Positions 13,201-23,780 of a stretch of 64,000 nucleotides of DNA are shown piece by piece. Numbering within the stretch: the first letter of the stretch is position 1; every line of letters starts with the position of its first letter. Below the pieces are notes generated by a model that was not told where the DNA came from, made no database searches, and saw nothing but the letters and a program-made list of their open reading frames with translations. The position numbers were made by a program, and so were the translations under genes. This DNA comes from Camelus dromedarius (taxonomy: Eukaryota): NCBI RefSeq assembly GCF_036321535.1, contig NC_087436.1:7254001-7318000 (forward strand). The letters are read 5' to 3'.

Positions 13201-13989
13201 CTCTGGTGTCCACACATTCAACAAAATAGCCACCTCTCACAGTCTTCACACTGGTCTCATACAAGAGAAGACCCTGAAAAGTCAGCCCAGCAGAGAGTCT
13301 GGGGACCTTTGAAATCTTCATGCTAGTCCAACTCCTTTCTTTGTTCTTAGTAGCCACTAGTTGTCTTGAGTATGCCAGGTCTCACCAGGACTCTGAGACA
13401 AGCGAGAATGAAGGTGTTTCCTTGGGAAGTTCCCAGAAAAGCTGAATCACTTGATGCCCTGTCAATCTCTTTTCCCCTGTCGAAAGGAACTGGGATCTGG
13501 GGTTTTTCAACCACTTGCTCTGTGTTGAGCTGAGGGGAAGGATTGTGGCAACTGTAAGTCTGTACTTCTGTCTCTGTTCTTACTACCTTCCCAGGTGGCT
13601 AGACTGTGCTGAGTCCTGTCACCTCTCTGAGATAGACAAGACAGAAGCCAGTCCTTGTGAAGCCCTGAGAGAGGTTGGGGTATTTGACATTTAGACCAAC
13701 TCTCTTCCTTCCCACAGAGACGTTGGGGGCTTAGGGTTTTCCTCATAATTGTATGGTGAGTGTTGGGGAGCGTATCAATTATAGTGAAAAGATGCCTTAA
13801 ATTTCCGTACTAGCTTCGATGTATTTGGTTTCAAGCTTGCCCAGTGTGCAGGAACCTTTCAACTAGTTTCTGGATTTTGCACAAAGGGAATTTGTCTGTG
13901 AATTGTTGAATTGGTGTATTTCCAGAGGAAAGTAGGGTCCAGTGTCTCCTGGTCTGCTGTCTTGCTGATGTCCTATATCTGGTCTCTAT

Positions 13990-14640
13990 TTTCAGTAAGC
14001 TTGTGCCTTTGGGCTAGGACCTTCACAAGTGCTTATCAGAATTTTTTTCTCCCTTAAGTGAGACAAGATGGCTACAGGGTGATGGAGTTGAGTATTTTCC
14101 TTCCCTCAAGTCAGTTAGGCGCTGATAAAACCCAAAGGCATTAGGCTCTTGCAAAATAACTTTCCCCAGGGAATGCTTTTGTTAAGTAGAATAGAATGCT
14201 CTGAGCTTGTTCTGTGTTGGCTCCTTTCCCTGTTCCCTGTCAGCATCACGAGGGGATTTTTGTTTGATCTTCACTCTGGGAACCTGGTGGCACTCCTGGA
14301 CTTAAATAAATCTCACGACATGCAGGAATCCTTCTGAGATTGAGCTCCCTTGGTTTTTATCTCTCAAGCTCCTCCACACTGAACCTTTAGAAATTCATTT
14401 GTCGTAGTCTAAGTGGTCCTACCAGTGCTGACTGATTGCAGCTGTGGGCTTCTTTCCGTTCCTGGTAAACTGGGATTCTTTGTATTTACCTGTCTTTCCA
14501 ATGTTAGGAATTGTGGCTTGCCCTGTGATCTCAATACTTTCATGGATCTAATAAAAGTTGTTGATTTTAGTTTGTCCATTTTTTTTTCTTGTGAGGATGA
14601 AGTGATAGCTTCTAAGTTGTTTAAATGTCAAACCCAAACT
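13990..14640 (-). mobile_element. Ancient L1 5' UTR segment (L1M4/L1MC-type)
   Basis: ttgccctgtgatctcaatactttcatggatctaataaaagttgttgatttt resembles recalled old L1 5' ends. Confidence 0.5.
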
Positions 14641-14654
14641 CATTTTTTTTTTTC

Positions 14655-15257
14655 AACCACCCCAGGACGGGGGCACTATCATCACCCCATTTTACAGACG
14701 TGGAGCCTGGGACAGACGGGCATGAGGTCACAGGGACTCCTGGGATCCGAACCCAGGCTGGTCCCATTCTCAGCCACCGGGCAAGAGTATTTCTTGATGA
14801 GGGAAGAGCACGGGGTGGACACTCACTAATTCACAAACATTTGGGCACCAATTTTGTGCCCAGACCCATTCTAGTTTCTAGGTATCTAGGTGGTCTGGCT
14901 CTCACGGGAGCAGCTAGGGAGAGCCTGTAACAAGTGTACGTAATTTCAGAGAGTGGTAAGAACTCTGAAAGAAAAGAACGCGGGGCTGGGGGAGGGGATG
15001 GCGATTTTAGGTGGGCTGGGCAGGGGTCTTTGGGAAGCTAGGCGTGTTTGGGGATCCGAGATCAGCTTGGGTCTGGACCCATCTCGGGTTGGAAACGTGA
15101 AGCTGTGCATGAGAGTGGTGCAGGACGTGGCTGCAGAGGGGCACTTCCGATCGCACTTAACGCTCGCCACGTCGCTACAAAGTGCCCCGCGCCCATTTCG
15201 CAGATGAAGAAACTGAGGACGCACTGCGAGCGCAGGGGCAGATGCCAGACCCAAACT
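14655..15257. promoter_or_regulatory. CpG-rich segment built on MIR/L2 relics; candidate regulatory element
   Basis: MIR cores ccccattttacagacg (~14686) and cccatttcgcagatgaagaaactgagg (~15192); L2-like cactcactaattcacaaacatttg (~14820); 13 CpG in 15121-15240; ETS motif cacttccg at 15142-15149. Confidence 0.45.
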
Positions 15258-16060
15258 CTTATCTAATACTAGTTCACTAATTGTTGCAAGTTACGTCCTT
15301 TATAGCAATCCCCCTGGCCCCGATTTAAGATCCAGTAGAGTATCATGCATTACATTTAATCGTCATTTTCTTTGGCCTTCTAGTTTCTTTCAATATGAAG
15401 TAGCTCCTCAGCAGTTGTCGCTGTTACTTCCTTTTGTTTTGTTTTGTCTTTCCTTGTCCTGGCATTCTGAAGAGTTCACGTCAGCTGTTTTGTGGAATGT
15501 TTCTTAATTTGAGTTTGCTTGTTGTTTCTTAATGGTAAAATTTAGGGTATTTTGGGGGGTAGGCAGAAAAATTGTCATGCACTTCTTTGTGCATCATTTC
15601 AGGAGACACATGATGTCAATTTGCCCAAGAATCAGTGAGGATAACTTTGATTAAGTGAAATCACGTTCAGAAGTTTTCTCCACTATGGGGAGTTTCTGCA
15701 TCTCTCTACCATTCATTCTACGCTGATTAGTTGACATTCTACTGTAGGGAAGAGTTTTAGCTCATTATTTCTTTATTTTTAGTATGATCTCAGAGATTCT
15801 TATAATCTATAAATAACATTAGTGTTCTTGTTCATTTTGATGTTCAAATTTTGCCCGATTTGGCGAGTGCAAGCAACTTCAAACTGACTTCTGTGTTCTT
15901 TTGACATATCTCCATAAATTTTTGGATGTTTCCCTATGAGCTCGCCATAGTGATTTAGCTTCATCTTGACCTTCCTTGTCAGAGCCCTGGAACCAGCCAT
16001 TTTTTTCCTAAAAACTCTTGTTCCTTTTGGTGTAGATAAGTATTTAGAAACCAAGACTGA
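15258..16060 (-). mobile_element. L1MC4/5-like 3' end, right part
   Basis: ttatctaat...gtcctttatagcaa...gtgcatcatttcaggagacacatgatgtcaatttgccc continues the same recalled consensus as 6670-7126. Confidence 0.7.
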
Positions 16061-17249
16061 GACATATTTTTAATTATGTTTCTGTATATTTGTCCTAATT
16101 TTACAAGTGTATTTTAAGTTCTGTGATGAGGTTTGCTGAATTTCTGACTATAGGTTAATGTCTTCCAAAGGACTTAGTACAGGAGTTCTTTTTAATATAT
16201 TCGGATTTTAGAACTGAAAGTGGCCTTAGATAACCCTTGTTCATTGTTACATCATATGCACGAGAAAAGTGAGGCTCAGGACAATGAATTGCCTTGAGTA
16301 GGACTTCTCATTGGTGGCAGGTTTGATCTTAGAGTTTCACTATTTTGGCTCCCAGTTTCTTATCTTTCTGTCACATGACATATGTGCTCAGTAAAGAAGG
16401 TATACTAGTTGGCAAAAGTAAGTTACCACATTTAGTAGATTAAAGATGGCCATAATTGTTTGCCACATTTCTCACTGAAAGGTGGTTTCTTTCTCCAAAA
16501 ACCTGGCTTTTGCCAATGAAAGTCTTGGCTTTCAAGACTATTGTCTCTTATTCATCTAAATGGGATTCAGAAGCGTATTCTGGGACTTAAAACTGAAAAT
16601 TTTACTCTTTCTGGCTCTGCCAGCTCTCCTCTGAGAAAGGAACAAAAAGACAAGAAAGCGTGAAGAAAAGTGGTCCGCTAGTATCTCAGATCTATAACCC
16701 ATTCCACATTTATGAAGAACATATGGTAAAGCCTGATTTCAAAACTAAAAAGAAAAACCAAACCAAACCAAAAAAAAAACTATAAAACTTATAGAAGAAT
16801 TTGTCTTTGCAATCTTGATGACACGTTCTTACCTCCTGAATGACAGAGAAGGGTGGCCCAGGAAAATGCTACTATTTCAGTCAGGTTTTTAAACGTGAAT
16901 TCCTCTGCTTTTGAAAAAGGTGGCTTGTAGAATTTGTGTTTATGTTGGGTTAGAAAACTTTCGTATTTATTGCTTTCCCCCTTTTGTCCATGGGATACTA
17001 ATCTTTCCAGGAATATTGCTAATATCTGTACTTTTCAGTAATGTAAACTTGGAACTGGTTAGGAATTAAATTGTTTGATCACAAATCACTCGATAATGTT
17101 CCTTTAAAACAGGGTCCTTTTTTATTCTATTCATCCTTAAATCCACACTCTGTAGTCCAATGCCTGCTATAAAAATTGCTTATAAATGTTTCATGAATGA
17201 ATGTCAAATCTTTGAATGGGTTTTGTTTTAGCAAAATGATGGGAATGTT

Positions 17250-17316
17250 TGCACGTGTGTGTGTGTAAAATGCACGTGTGTGTGTGTAAAATGCACGTGT
17301 GTGTGTGTGTGTGTAA
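17250..17316. repeat. Three-copy 21-bp tandem repeat tgcacgtgtgtgtgtgtaaaa
   Basis: Units start at 17250, 17271 and 17292; the third has a longer TG run. Confidence 0.95.
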
Positions 17317-18959
17317 GAGAATTAGAACCTGCTTTTTCAGTCTGACAGTTCTCACTAGAAAGAAGTCAGCTTTCTTTACAGACATTGCTGTTGTATGAAG
17401 ACGAAAGTAAAGTTCACAATCTTGGGGAGGCGAAGAAATGTTTCTTCCCAGTTACCCAGAGTTGAGTGTGAGTAGGGTTGCCTTTGTGAAGAGTCAAGAG
17501 AAAGCCATCTTACCAACATATTACTGGTTTTAAAAAGTTCAACATCTATTTTCGTACTATTTTTTTAAAAAAGCCCTTTTATCGGTGCACTTAAAATCTC
17601 ATTTTGGCTCGACATTTTCAAAGGACAATTTGATTCATAGTCACAATTTTTCTACTTTTTTTTAAAGCTTCCATGTGCACATGCATGTGGTTACACCTAA
17701 CACCTAGAGAAACTCAGTTGTCTACGCAGATCATTGCTCCACAGGCATCCTTGCACACCTCAAGTCATATTCATGATGGTTGTTCCAAGTGACCCATGGC
17801 TGAACTTCTTTGAAGTACAGAATTTCACTCAGCTGCCTTCATGCAGTGCAATCCAAAATAATTACTGTCAACGTCCAACTTCTACCTTTTAACGCCCAGA
17901 GGGTAGCAGAGAATTCATGAGTGAAATAAATTAAGCGTGTAAGCTTGTTCAAAGCCTCTTTCTCTCTTCTTTCTAAAGAGCTAGTATAAAACCTTCACTA
18001 AACAACTGTTATTTATAAATAAAAAAACTGCAGCGTTTTTATCTAGAATTTACCCTATAAAATATTCTGAGACTTAATGTATTTCAAGACAACATCTAGA
18101 GGTCTCTCAGTAATTCAGAATTATTTAACATTATTTTCTGCTTCTTATACATATATTTAGGAAACATTTGCCTATATTATTTAAAACAAAAAAATCAGAA
18201 CTTTCAAAATACATGACCATGAACCATAATCATATATTTGCCTTTATATGTGTGAAAATGTAAAGTACATGATTTGGTGTTGAGAATTCTTACACTGATT
18301 GCTCATTTGGGGAAAATTATGATGATAACATCTGCTAATAATATTTGAAACTTATCATGGCTTTTTAAAGGAGAAAAGAAAAAGAGTTTTGAAGGAAATT
18401 TAAGTTAATCTTGATACTCTGGTGACATTATACATCCTTAAAAGACACATAAAATACTCTGAATAGAAATACTGAAAACTTGAACTCTGGAATCTCTTGA
18501 AGACAAATCTGCCAATTATTTCTAGATAATAATCTTTAAAATACATTATTTAAATTAAAATTTATTTTGAATAGGTAGAAACATGATATCACTTCTCTAA
18601 AAGAAAGGTTTTAAGGGTTATTATCAATATGTTAAAATCAGTATTAGATAATTTGTTTACATTTTGTTAATTTACGTTTATGATAAGAACATAACTTAGT
18701 CTGATGTTTATTTTTATATTATGAGAGAAGTTGGAAGGTGGGGTGTAGGAAAGAAAATAAGCAACAGCATGCAATAAATGATATTGCAAAACAGATCTTT
18801 ACCCTTTTTGGGGAGAAGAATGCAAACTTCTTTAACTACTTTAGAAATACTGATTTATGAACAACAAAATTGCATGTAAACTTGGATAGACTTCACTTTG
18901 AAAAGCTGATTGAAACTATTTTTCATCTTTAATATTACTTATAGGAGACTGTATTAGCC

Positions 18960-19620
18960 TAATTTTGAATATATTTGGAATACATAGAAAAGTATAAAAA
19001 AAGGTAATTATAAGCTTATTGAGAAATATTGTTAATATCAAGATATATTGCCTTTCAGTTTTTTCTGTTCATATTTGCATTTATGATATATATACAGAAA
19101 TAAACATATTTTATGTATTACAAAATTGGAATCACATTGCTTACACAGTTTTGAATATAAACATTAATCAAAAAAAATCTTTGGAACATCCTTTGTATTG
19201 GCTGCATACTATTCCACGGCATAAATATTTTGTAATTTATTTTCCTAATGTTTAATGTTTAGTATTTTTCAGACTTTTGTTCCTCTTTTAAAATTGTGCT
19301 AATATAAATGACTTCCTAAATAAATCTTTATCTGCATCTCAGATTTTTTCATTAAGTGAGATGTCTAGAAATGGTTGTACTGTTCAGAGTGTCAATATTT
19401 TAAAGCTATTACTACATTATAAAAACCTTCCTAGAGAACTTGTATTTTTTTAACCTTTCAGCTGGCAGTGTGGGAGGCTGCCAATGTCACCATACTGACT
19501 CAACATTGAATATTATTATTTGAAAATCACTGTTAATTAGAAAGGCAATGGTAGCTTATTTTGGGTTGCTTTTTGTTTGTTTCTTTGTTATGAGGTTGAA
19601 TTTCTCAAAATATGAACTCA
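18960..19620 (-). mobile_element. Very old L1 (L1ME-like) 3' fragment
   Basis: caaaattggaatcacattgc...ggctgcatactattccac...tctagaaatggttgtactgttcagag pattern of old L1 3' ends. Confidence 0.45.
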
Positions 19621-19882
19621 CAGTTATGATTAAAAGGCTATTTAAACTGTGCATAGCTAAAGCACATGAAATGGTTAAAAGATCAGTGTTCTAAGAAGAA
19701 TCATGTACCTGGATGTTCATTCTCATCTGCACTAGCTGGATGACCTTTTATGTCATTATGTCTCTTTCTATAGTTTGCACATCTGTCAAGCAGAAATAAG
19801 ATTTGCTCCCCTAATTATTCTGTAAGGGTGTACAGAAGAGCAAATAAAATGATGAATGTGTGTTAAACCACAGTGATGCTAC

Positions 19883-20369
19883 TGTCGGCTGAAATAAATG
19901 CACAGCCTAAAAGTTGAGAGTTATGCTTCATTTGGCAAACATTTCTGAGGACTTGAGCTGGGATGACAGCCTCTCAGATCACTTTGAGAGCCTGCTCCAA
20001 AGAGGTAGAGGAGGGGCCAGGATATATAGGAGATTTTCAACAAAGACCAAGTAGTTGGAACATTAAAATATTACTTGTTAAACTGAAGAAAACCAGACAT
20101 CTCAAGTTAAAGAATTGAGTGCCTTTCTATGTATGGGGGGAGCAAACATTTGGGCTCCTTGAATTTGTTCCTTTGAGAAGCACCTAGCTATCTAGGGCCA
20201 TTATCTGGTCCTTTCTTGTTCTGAGTCCCTTCAGAGGGCACCATTGTGAGTGGCTGCAGAGGCTGGGCTGTAGGCTTGTCTTCACTGGGGGGTGGCGGCA
20301 GCCGCTGATGACTTGATGGCTTCAGCATTCTTTGTTTACTGATATGGTTTGCAGTATTTTTCACTCTCA
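19883..20369 (-). mobile_element. ERV1 solo LTR 'A' (same family as 35788-36287)
   Basis: tgtcggctgaaataaatgcacagcctaaaagttgagag...ctctca; TSD ctac/ttac. Confidence 0.85.
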
Positions 20370-20484
20370 TTACCAAATGCAAGTTCATGTGCCTGACACA
20401 CAGTGAGGTCAAACACACTGAAACATCAGGGCTTGGAGTAGAGAAAGGTTCATTGCAGGGCCAAGAAAGGAGAAAGGGTGATTT

Positions 20485-21142
20485 TGAGACAAGAGGGAAG
20501 GGGGCAGAGCACAGCCATTCAAGGAATAACACAGCAATTAACACCAAAATGGTGGAAGATTCAACCCCCAGTAGGTCTTGAGGCTCAAGATGGTGGGAGA
20601 TTTGGCTTCCAGTAGACCTTGAGCTTCATTATATGCTCATTGTAATATTAACATGGTAAATGGCACTCCCACAGGTGCCATGACAGTTCTGAGGCTGACC
20701 ACAAAAGATCAAAGAGTGGGCAGTAGCCCAGTTCCTGAGAACCCCAGGCCCTTCCCCATGGTAGTTGGAATGGTCCTCCCACTCATTGGCATGTGAAGCT
20801 ACCGAGCCCATAAAAACTGGCAACACTGTGACTCACAGCCTCTCTTGCTCCTTCCTATTCAAAAAGGTTCTGCACTGTCTATGGAGTGTGTACCTACTTT
20901 TACTTTAACCTGAGCACCCACCCCCCACACCTCGTGGCCTTTCTCTCACCTTCTGAAACAGCCTACACTCTATGCAGTATGTATCTCTCTAAATAAATCT
21001 ACCTTTACTCAACTGCGGCTCGCTCTTGAATTCTTTCCTGTGCAAAGCCAAGGACCCACACTTGCTGGGGCACATCCCAGGAACTCAACTGAGATGGGGC
21101 ACACAGCCCTTCTCTTGCCCCATGTTAATTTCTCCTCTATCA
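20485..21142 (+). mobile_element. MER41-like ERV1 solo LTR 'C'
   Basis: tgagac...ctatca; TSD attt/actt; core cattatatgctc...ggcactcccacaggtgccatgacagtt matches recalled MER41B; aataaa ~20993. Confidence 0.85.
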
Positions 21143-21719
21143 ACTTGTGCTCAAAACCCCCAAACTCCCTGATGGTTTCCAGGGAGAATTTTTTATAGGC
21201 AAAATTTGGTGTGAGGGCTGCGGGGTGTGAGATTTTTTTCTAATTGGTTGGTAGTGAGGTAACAGGGCAGTGTTCCAGGAGTCTTGCGCTCAGCCTAAAG
21301 TTACCATCTTCCACATGGGTCGGGTGGAGAGCTTAGCTCCTGCAGAAGAATTCAAAGATATTGTTATGTGTCTTCCTTGAGGAGGAACCAGGACTCTGCT
21401 TTATGGCTGCCCTACTGTTTCTTGACTGCTCTTCTTCTGTCTCTGCAGTCCCTCCCTTCCCTGATTAGCAACTGTTTAAATCTGCCCTCTGGGACACAGG
21501 GAAGGTCTCCAAGGCTGAATAAAGTTTTGTTCCTACAAACAGAAATGAGAGACACAGAAAGGATTTGTACCAGGGAGGGCCGCACAGGGTCCTGCTTGGT
21601 TTCAGTGACTCACGGCACATCTGAGTTTGGATCCTAATTCTAACACAGTATCTTTGTAATACTCTTAGTCTCAGTTTTTCCTTACTTAAAATGAAGGTGG
21701 CACATTAACACCCAGTACA

Positions 21720-23039
21720 TGTAAGTTATTAGTAATTTTCTTGCCAGAACTGCTCCAGGTATTTGTTCAAAACCCTCCAACCCCCACGTTGAGCAGGACT
21801 GTCCTTGCTCACAATCTGCCAACCAACCCCCCCACCTTTAGCAAAGTAAACATAAATCTTTAAGTTAAAGGGTCTGATGCAGGAAAAAGGGATGTGGAGC
21901 ATGAGGAGGGCCGAATCCCAGGTCTCGGTTGAGTCCCCGGGATGTGCCCGGCCAGGTGTGGGTCCTTGGCTTTGCACAGGAAAGTTCTCAAGAGTGGGCC
22001 ATTGTTGAGTAAAGGTAGATTTATTTAGAGAGATACATACTGTGTAGAGTGCAGGCTGTTTCAGAAGGCGAGAGAAAGGCCATGAGGTGTGGGGGCTGGG
22101 TGCTCAGGTTAAAGTAAAAGTAAGTCGATACACACTCCATAGGCAGAGTGCTGGCTGTCTCTCAAGAGGAGGGAGTGAAGAGGCCATGAGGTGTGGTGTT
22201 CCTAGTTTTTATGGGCTTGGTGGCTTCATATGCTAATAAGTGGAAGGATCACTCTAACTACCCTGGAGAAGGGGTTGGGATTCTCAGGAAGTTGACCATT
22301 TCTCACTCTTTGACCCTTTTATGGTTAGCCTTGGAGCGGTCATGGTGCCTGTGGGCATGTCATTCACCATGCTAATATATTACAGTGGATGTATAATGAA
22401 GCTCAAGGTCTACTAGAAGTCAGATCTCCTGCCATCTTGAGCCTCGAGGCCTACTGGGGGTTGAATCTTCCACCATTTTGGTGTTAATTGCTGTGCTATT
22501 CCTTGAATGGCTGTGCCCTGCCCCCTTCCCTCCTATCTCAGGTCCAGAGATAAGAAAGAAAGCTACAAACAAACAGCAACAAAAAAAAACCCAGATGGAA
22601 CCAGCTGAGACCAAGATGGCGAACAATCTGATCTCCAACAGACCCTGAGTCTCATTATACGTTGATTTTACTACATTAGTATATTCAATGACATACCTAC
22701 CGGTAGCCATGATCAGACATTAAGGACCATAAAAAGGATAAAAAGGGGGTGACACCCCACTCCCTTGGAAAAAGCCCTGCCCCTTCCCTGGAGACTCATG
22801 CACATGCCTCTCTGTCATTAGCCTCTCTCCTCCTTCTTTGCCTTTACTCTTTAAAATTAAATCCGTCTCCGAGAGATGGATCTGTGAACTTAGCTCTGAC
22901 TTCTCCATCGTTTGGCCATTGAATAAAGCTTGTGCTGTGTCAGTTTCAGCTTTAGTTTCCTTATTCACCTACTTGAACTAAATGGAAACCCCCACTGCCC
23001 AGGCAGAGAGCCTCAGCCTGTGGGACTAATTCAGTAATA
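21720..23039 (+). mobile_element. MER41-related solo LTR 'E', interrupted by LTR D and inserted in a MIR
   Basis: accaagatggcga (~22610), ctcattatacg, gaataaagc (22921), end ttcagtaata; MIR halves on both sides; TSD not resolved. Confidence 0.65.
21875..22540 (-). mobile_element. MER41-like ERV1 solo LTR 'D'
   Basis: tgatgc...atctca; perfect TSD ggtc (21871-21874, 22541-22544); reverse-complement homolog of C. Confidence 0.9.
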
Positions 23040-23366
23040 GTCTTCTGTGAAAATAACTTAAAATATAAAACACTTCATAAGAGTAAGCTTTGGTTAGTTT
23101 AGCATTCAGATGATAAGCCAAGTATCCAGTTTGCTTAGGGGATTTGTTTCTTTTCCTGGCATTTTGGCATTGCTTTATGTAGGAGAGACTGGAATGTGTT
23201 TAGCAACAAAATTTGTTCTGAAAATAATCATGGATGTAAAAATTGCAGTGTCAGAAACACACTTGCTTACAGTGTATGTTACCATCAAAGTAGCCTGTCA
23301 TATTAAACATGCTGATTTTCCTCCTCTTCTTTTCTAAAAATATGCAGTTAATATTAAAAAGTGAAT

Positions 23367-23780
23367 TGCTGAAGACTCTTGGGCTCACTTTGACTTTCTC
23401 TTGGGCTCTGTCCTTGGCCCATTTAGTCAAGATTTAGAAGAATCCTGCTGGGTCATTTTATCAAAAATCCTTCATCCTTGCTGATCTGATCAAATTTCCA
23501 GGCACCACCCTTGATATCCTATCATCCTTACCTGGCTTCAGCAAAAATCCTGTCAAGTCAGCTTAGCCAGAATTCCCCTAGCCTTGATGTTCCCTCTTAG
23601 TAATTTTCCACCCACTGACCCCTACTCTGCTCCATGGCTTTATTCTCCACTTATCCTTGCTGTCTTCTGAGTTGAGCTTAATCTCTCTCCTCTATTACAA
23701 AACCCCAGTGTAGTGGCCCTCCTTGAATAAAGTCTGTCTTACCATCTTTAACAAGTGTCTGAGGAATTTTTTCTTTAACA
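23367..23780 (+). mobile_element. MER31-like ERV1 solo LTR
   Basis: agcaaaaatcctgtcaagtcagcttagccagaat...gaataaagtctgtcttacc...ttctttaaca; TSD gaat/gagt. Confidence 0.75.

Larger units (their letters stand above)
7127..13990 (-). mobile_element. Old, near full-length decayed LINE-1 (L1MA-type 3' UTR, ORF2, ORF1, 5' region) with internal insertions and deletions
   Basis: ORF2 fragments [26 protein letters not shown] and ENYKILMKEIKDTNKW; EN fragment TIIVG..NIPL; ORF1p fragment EESLRNLWDSIQYSNIHI..KEIMAENFPNL (12612-12893). Confidence 0.9.
19877..21604 (-). mobile_element. ERV1 solo LTR 'B' hosting two younger LTRs
   Basis: Ends tgctac..[A]..caaatgcaag and cagggtcctgcttggtttca. Perfect TSD gtga at 19873-19876 and 21605-21608. 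TATA on minus (ttttatagg ~21192). Confidence 0.85.

Noticed and set aside
17250..17316. CRISPR-like array
   Set aside because: Contiguous tandem units with no unique spacers, in a mammalian context.
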